NCBI GenBank assembly: GCA_043808155.1
Contig: JAZDFD010000028.1
Location: 1 to 64,000, forward strand
Direction: 5' to 3'
DNA: 64,000 bases
Origin: Candidatus Iainarchaeum sp.
GTDB taxonomy: Archaea; Iainarchaeota; Iainarchaeia; Iainarchaeales; JAZDFD01
The notes under the pieces were generated by a model. That model was not told the DNA's origin, did no database searches, and saw only the letters and a list, made by a program, of their open reading frames with translations. Positions 60,074 to 64,000 of this stretch are shown here, piece after piece. Numbering within the stretch: the first letter of the stretch is position 1; each line of letters opens with the position of its first letter. The position numbers were made by a program, and so were the translations under genes.

Positions 60074-60243
60074 AATACGTAAGTGATGGGAAAAACAGTG
60101 CTACCGAAAGACACACAAGCTCGAGGATTGAGCCTCGCGGGCGTTCGGCTATGGACAATATTAATAAAACTATGGTAACCCTAAATAATACGCAAATATA
60201 CCGATTTTTAACCAAATTTGGGATTTTTGGGAGTGTGTTTTAA
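60070..60243 (+). CDS. 57 aa bridging ORF spanning element copy F
   Basis: ATG overlaps the secY stop (ATGA); TAA overlaps the next start (TAATG); open throughout. Confidence 0.45.
   Translation: MKYVSDGKNSATERHTSSRIEPRGRSAMDNINKTMVTLNNTQIYRFLTKFGIFGSVF
60096..60156 (+). repeat. Hairpin module, copy F (after secY)
   Basis: CAAGCTCGAGGATTGAGCCTCGCGGGCGTTCGGC (60116-60149) is identical to 26590-26623. Confidence 0.88.
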
Positions 60244-60725
60244 TGGTGTTTTTTGATGTTATGCTAGAGATTGCCTTGGTTGCAATGTGCTTAGCAGTAG
60301 TATCGCAGATAGTAAGGAGAAAGTTTGTTGATCCAAAGAAAATGAAGGAACAGCAAAAAGTTATGAAAGAAAAACAGGCAAAAATTAAGGAGTTAGTGAG
60401 CAAAGAAGACGCGAAATCAAAAGCAGAACTGCAAAGAATCCAGACAGAAATGCTTGAAGTAACAAACGAAATGATGCAGGGTTCAATGAGAATGATGATG
60501 TTTACATTTCCTGTTTACATTGTTGCATTTTGGGGTCTTGGGTATTTGTATAGTACTGCAGTAATTGATCTTCCGATTCAGATTCCCTGGTTTGGAGAAA
60601 ATTGGTCAATAAAATTTTATGAGCAAACAAACTGGATTGGATGGTATGTTTTAATTTCGCTTATAACCGGACTGGCATTAGGATTTATATTTAATGCATT
60701 GGAAAAAATAAAAGGTGAACAATAA
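60243..60725 (+). CDS. DUF106 / EMC3-TMCO1 (Oxa1 superfamily) membrane protein
   Basis: TM, coiled coil, TM, and WIGWY motif; conserved position after secY. Confidence 0.88.
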   Translation: MVFFDVMLEIALVAMCLAVVSQIVRRKFVDPKKMKEQQKVMKEKQAKIKELVSKEDAKSKAELQRIQTEMLEVTNEMMQGSMRMMMFTFPVYIVAFWGLGYLYSTAVIDLPIQIPWFGENWSIKFYEQTNWIGWYVLISLITGLALGFIFNALEKIKGEQ

Positions 60726-61063
60726 TGACAAAACCACATGAAATGACAATGAAAAAAAAGTTCACAAGAACAATCAGAGGCAAAGTTAAAATTTCATATT
60801 GCAGAGAGAAATCTTCAAAACACCACTGTGCAATATGCAGGGGAATATTACACGGAACTGCACACAGCAAAGGTGTTGCAGAAGTTTCTAAATTAAGTAA
60901 AACTCAGAAAAGGCCTTCGGTTATTTTCGGTGGTGTGCTTTGCACAAAATGCAGAAAAGCAGTTATGGAAGATTCAGCAAAAGTAATTTCTGAAGTTAAG
61001 GATATTAATGATGTTAATTTAAAAAGAAAAAAATATGTGGATGTTATAGTTAATAGAAAGTGA
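60725..61063 (+). CDS. rpl34e: Ribosomal protein eL34
   Basis: CAIC..L.G and SKTQKRP...GGVLCTKC. Confidence 0.92.
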   Translation: MTKPHEMTMKKKFTRTIRGKVKISYCREKSSKHHCAICRGILHGTAHSKGVAEVSKLSKTQKRPSVIFGGVLCTKCRKAVMEDSAKVISEVKDINDVNLKRKKYVDVIVNRK

Positions 61064-61067
61064 TAAT

Positions 61068-61292
61068 ATGGCGGGAATTGAAATAGGAAGAATTTGTTTG
61101 AAAACCCGCGGAAGAGAAGCAGGTAAACAAGCAGTAATTGTAAGTATTGATGAAAAAACAGGATTTGCAATTATTGACGGTACAGACATAAAAAGGAAAC
61201 AATGTAATTTAAGACATCTTTTTCCAACAAATAAAAAATTAGATATTAAAAAAGATGCTAAACATGATGAAATTATTAAACTTATGAAGTGA
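61068..61292 (+). CDS. rpl14e: Ribosomal protein eL14
   Basis: IEIGRICLKTRGREAGK and KRKQCNLRHL.PT. Confidence 0.94.
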   Translation: MAGIEIGRICLKTRGREAGKQAVIVSIDEKTGFAIIDGTDIKRKQCNLRHLFPTNKKLDIKKDAKHDEIIKLMK

Positions 61293-61296
61293 TAAC

Positions 61297-61845
61297 ATGG
61301 GCGATAAGAAAGGCAAACCAGAGAAACCAACAGGGAAAGAAAAGAAACCTGCAGAAGACAGAAAAGCTGTTGAAGACACAAGAGAAGACATCAGATATAT
61401 TGTCAGAATTGCAAATAAAGATCTGAACGGCAGATTAAAAATTGCAAGAGCATTAATAGGACTTAAGGGAATTAATCACAGATATGCAAAAATTGTGACT
61501 GAAATTTTCTTAAAAGAAGCAGGACTTAGCAATGATACAAGATTAGGAGATCTTCCTGAAGAGATGGATTCTAAATTGGAGGACATTGTACTTAATCCTG
61601 TGAAATATAAGTTACCAGAATGGACACTTAACAGGAGAAAAGATTTTGACGACGGAATTACCAAACAGTTGGTAATGAATGAATTAGATTTTGCAAAAAG
61701 AAAAGATTTGCAGAGATTAAGCGGAATCAAATCATACCGTGGACTAAGACATGTTTGGAGACTGCCTGTAAGAGGACAGAAAACAAAATCAACACACAGA
61801 GGAAAAGGCGGAACAGTCGGAGTTCATAAAAAAGATAGAAAGTAA
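61297..61845 (+). CDS. rps13: Ribosomal protein uS13
   Basis: [14 protein letters not shown] and SYRGLRH...LPVRGQKTK. Confidence 0.96.
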   Translation: MGDKKGKPEKPTGKEKKPAEDRKAVEDTREDIRYIVRIANKDLNGRLKIARALIGLKGINHRYAKIVTEIFLKEAGLSNDTRLGDLPEEMDSKLEDIVLNPVKYKLPEWTLNRRKDFDDGITKQLVMNELDFAKRKDLQRLSGIKSYRGLRHVWRLPVRGQKTKSTHRGKGGTVGVHKKDRK

Positions 61846-61850
61846 AAAGA

Positions 61851-62603
61851 GTGATTAACATGGGCGACCCAAAGAAAACACACAAACACTATGATACACC
61901 AGCAAAACCTTGGGACAAAACCAGGTTGGATGAAGAAAGAATAATTAAAGCTAAGTACGCTCTGAAAAACAAGCGTGAGCTTTGGAAATCTGAAACAACT
62001 CTCAGACGAAAAAGAAAAAACGCAAGAAATTTACTTGCATTACCTCTTGAAGAAAGATTAAAGAGGGAAAAGGAACTACTTGGAAGTTTAAATAAATTAG
62101 GACTTTTGAGCAGAGAAGCCGCATTAGATGATATTTTATCATTAAAAAGTGACAGTCTTCTTGAAAGAAGATTACAAACAATAGTCTGGAGAAAAGGACT
62201 GGCAGCTACACCAACGCAGGCACGTCAGTTCATTGTTCATGGACATATTTCAGTGGATGGAAAAAAACTTGACAGGCCCTCATACTTAGTAAAGAAAGAT
62301 GAAGAAGGAAAAATTGCATATCACAAAAAAGAATTATTCTTTGATGATAAAAAGAAAGTAAAAACACAGGCAGAAAAGAAAATGGAATTCGGGGATGTTG
62401 CAAAAAAGATGGAAGAATCACTCCCTAAAACAAAAGAAGGCGTTGAAAAGAAAGAAGCAACTGCAAAAGGCACAGCAACAAAAGAAACTAAAGAAGGGAA
62501 AACAAAGGTAAAAGTAAAAGACGATATTGAAGAAAAGTTAGAATTAGATATTGAAGTTAAGGAAGAAAATGAATCAGATGAAGAAACTGAGGAAGTGAAA
62601 TAA
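61851..62603 (+). CDS. rps4: Ribosomal protein uS4 with charged C-terminal tail
   Basis: [13 protein letters not shown] and [20 protein letters not shown]. Confidence 0.96.
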   Translation: MINMGDPKKTHKHYDTPAKPWDKTRLDEERIIKAKYALKNKRELWKSETTLRRKRKNARNLLALPLEERLKREKELLGSLNKLGLLSREAALDDILSLKSDSLLERRLQTIVWRKGLAATPTQARQFIVHGHISVDGKKLDRPSYLVKKDEEGKIAYHKKELFFDDKKKVKTQAEKKMEFGDVAKKMEESLPKTKEGVEKKEATAKGTATKETKEGKTKVKVKDDIEEKLELDIEVKEENESDEETEEVK

Positions 62604-62983
62604 TGGCTTTCGGAATAATACACATTTATGCATCACACAACAATACAATTATGTTGCTGACAGATGTAACAGGTTCAGAAACAATTGCAAAATGTACCGG
62701 CGGGCAAGTTGTAAAAGCACAGCACAAAGAAGGAAGTCCTTATGCTGCAATGAAAATTGCAGAAATACTTGCAGAAAAAGCAAGAGAAAAAGGCATAACA
62801 GAAGTAGATGTTAAAGTGCGTGGTGCTGGAGGAAACAAACCTCAAAGTCCTGGACAGGGTTCGGAAGCTGCAATAAGAAGTCTTACACGAAACGGAATCA
62901 GAATAAGAAATATTGAAAATGTAACACCATCACCGCATGACGGATGCAGAAAGAAGAAAAGATACAGAGGAAAGAAAAAGTAG
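62603..62983 (+). CDS. rps11: Ribosomal protein uS11
   Basis: HIYAS.NNTI, SPYAAM and IENVTP.PHDG. Confidence 0.96.
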   Translation: MAFGIIHIYASHNNTIMLLTDVTGSETIAKCTGGQVVKAQHKEGSPYAAMKIAEILAEKAREKGITEVDVKVRGAGGNKPQSPGQGSEAAIRSLTRNGIRIRNIENVTPSPHDGCRKKKRYRGKKK

Positions 62984-62993
62984 GGGAATTTTT

Positions 62994-63737
62994 ATGAATA
63001 TAAAAAAGCTTGAAGAAAAAAAAGGAGTAATAAAGTTACTTGTTAAAGGAACAAATGCTGCATTTATGAATAGCATTCGAAGAACAATAATGAAAGATGT
63101 TCCGACTTTGGCAATTGAGAAAGTTTCGATTTATGATAATTCTTCAGTAGTGTTTGATGAATATCTTGCACACAGACTGGGACTTTTACCAATTAAAACA
63201 GACCTTAAGATGTATAAAAAAGGTGACTCAGTAAAACTTATGCTTGATAAAGAAGGTCCGGGAATTGTTTACAGCAGAGACATAGAATCTACAGACCCAG
63301 CAATAGAAGTAGTTGCAAAAAAAGTTCCTTTGCTTAAGCTTAACAAAGGACAATCAATAAAACTTGAAATGGACGCAGTAATGGGAACTGGTGAAGAGCA
63401 TGTTAAATGGCAGCCTGCAATTGTAAGTTTTTACAATGTCCCAAAAATTGAAAACACAAAAGCTTCAGATTATGCAGACGAAGCAGCAAAAATATGCCCA
63501 AAAAATGTTCTTGAAGTTAAATCAAAAAAAGTTATACTTAAGGATCCGTACAATTGCATATTATGCGGTGAATGCAGAGATGTCTCAAAAGACGATACAT
63601 TAGTTCTGGATTATGATGATAGTTCATTCATAATGATGATAGAACCAACAGGTTCATTATCCGCAGCAGAAATAATGGATGAAGCAGCAAATATTTTATT
63701 AGAAAAAATAACGGAGTTAAAAAAAGCTGTTAAATAA
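62994..63737 (+). CDS. rpoD: RNA polymerase subunit D (Rpo3) with ferredoxin-like Fe-S domain
   Basis: NSIRR, NSSV.FDE.LAHRLGLLP, H.KWQP and CP...CILCGEC; ATG at 62994. Confidence 0.95.
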   Translation: MNIKKLEEKKGVIKLLVKGTNAAFMNSIRRTIMKDVPTLAIEKVSIYDNSSVVFDEYLAHRLGLLPIKTDLKMYKKGDSVKLMLDKEGPGIVYSRDIESTDPAIEVVAKKVPLLKLNKGQSIKLEMDAVMGTGEEHVKWQPAIVSFYNVPKIENTKASDYADEAAKICPKNVLEVKSKKVILKDPYNCILCGECRDVSKDDTLVLDYDDSSFIMMIEPTGSLSAAEIMDEAANILLEKITELKKAVK

Positions 63738-63740
63738 TAT

Positions 63741-63856
63741 GCAGGAGTACCAAAGTGGTTAAATGGGCGGGACTTAAGATGTTATTATGAAGTCATTAAA
63801 ATCATGGGAAATCCCGTGGCTTAGTGCCTCCGCAGGTTCGAATCCTGCCTCCTGCA
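63741..63856 (+). tRNA. tRNA-Leu(TAA) with 32 nt intron at position 37/38 (63779-63810)
   Basis: GCAGGAG/CTCCTGC acceptor stem; CGGGA-CTTAAG^A-TCCCG anticodon arm; long variable arm; GGTTCGAATCC. Confidence 0.93.
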
Positions 63857-63887
63857 CTAGATGATGAAAATTAATTGGTGACGAACA

Positions 63888-64000
63888 ATGGGACGCGGAA
63901 CAACAAAAATAAGCACAAAAATAATAATTGCAGAACTTGAAAAAGCTTCAAGAAAAAGGAAGCAGAAGATTTGGTTAGAGATTGCTAAAATCATTTCAAA
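63888..64000 (+). CDS. rpl18e: Ribosomal protein eL18 (5' part, truncated by the window end)
   Basis: MGRGTTK...ELEKASRK...IW.EIAK after GGTGA; conserved position after rpoD and tRNA-Leu. Confidence 0.8.
   Translation, partial: MGRGTTKISTKIIIAELEKASRKRKQKIWLEIAKIIS

Overview
AT-rich archaeal chromosome segment, most likely DPANN (possibly Iainarchaeota/Diapherotrites). The lineage is inferred from gene style and content, not from a database search. Positions 1-26.4 kb are accessory and metabolic genes: surface lipoproteins, Fic, HD protein, DEAD-box helicase, Kef antiporter, ZupT, a minimal [FeFe]-hydrogenase with two divergent partner genes, a multi-HTH protein, DUF1015, SdpI, tRNA-Asp, an aminotransferase, PEP carboxykinase and MscS. 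Positions 26.8-64 kb hold the core information-processing clusters: rpoH-B''-B'-A'-A''-L30e-nusA-S12-S7-EF2-EF1a-S10, archease plus an intein-containing RtcB, the L3-to-SecY-to-L14e superoperon running into S13-S4-S11-rpoD, an intron-containing tRNA-Leu, and L18e. The most unusual signal is a modular family of hairpin-rich interspersed elements at nine sites: both flanks of tRNA-Asp, the mscS/rpoH promoter region, and six gene junctions of the ribosomal superoperon. They have covarying stems, GNA triloops and tandem GA mismatches, and several are flanked by duplicated target sequence. At all six operon junctions the insert is spanned by a 25-57 codon ORF running from the upstream stop to the downstream start, which suggests insertions that keep the mRNA continuously translated. 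No transposase is present in the window.
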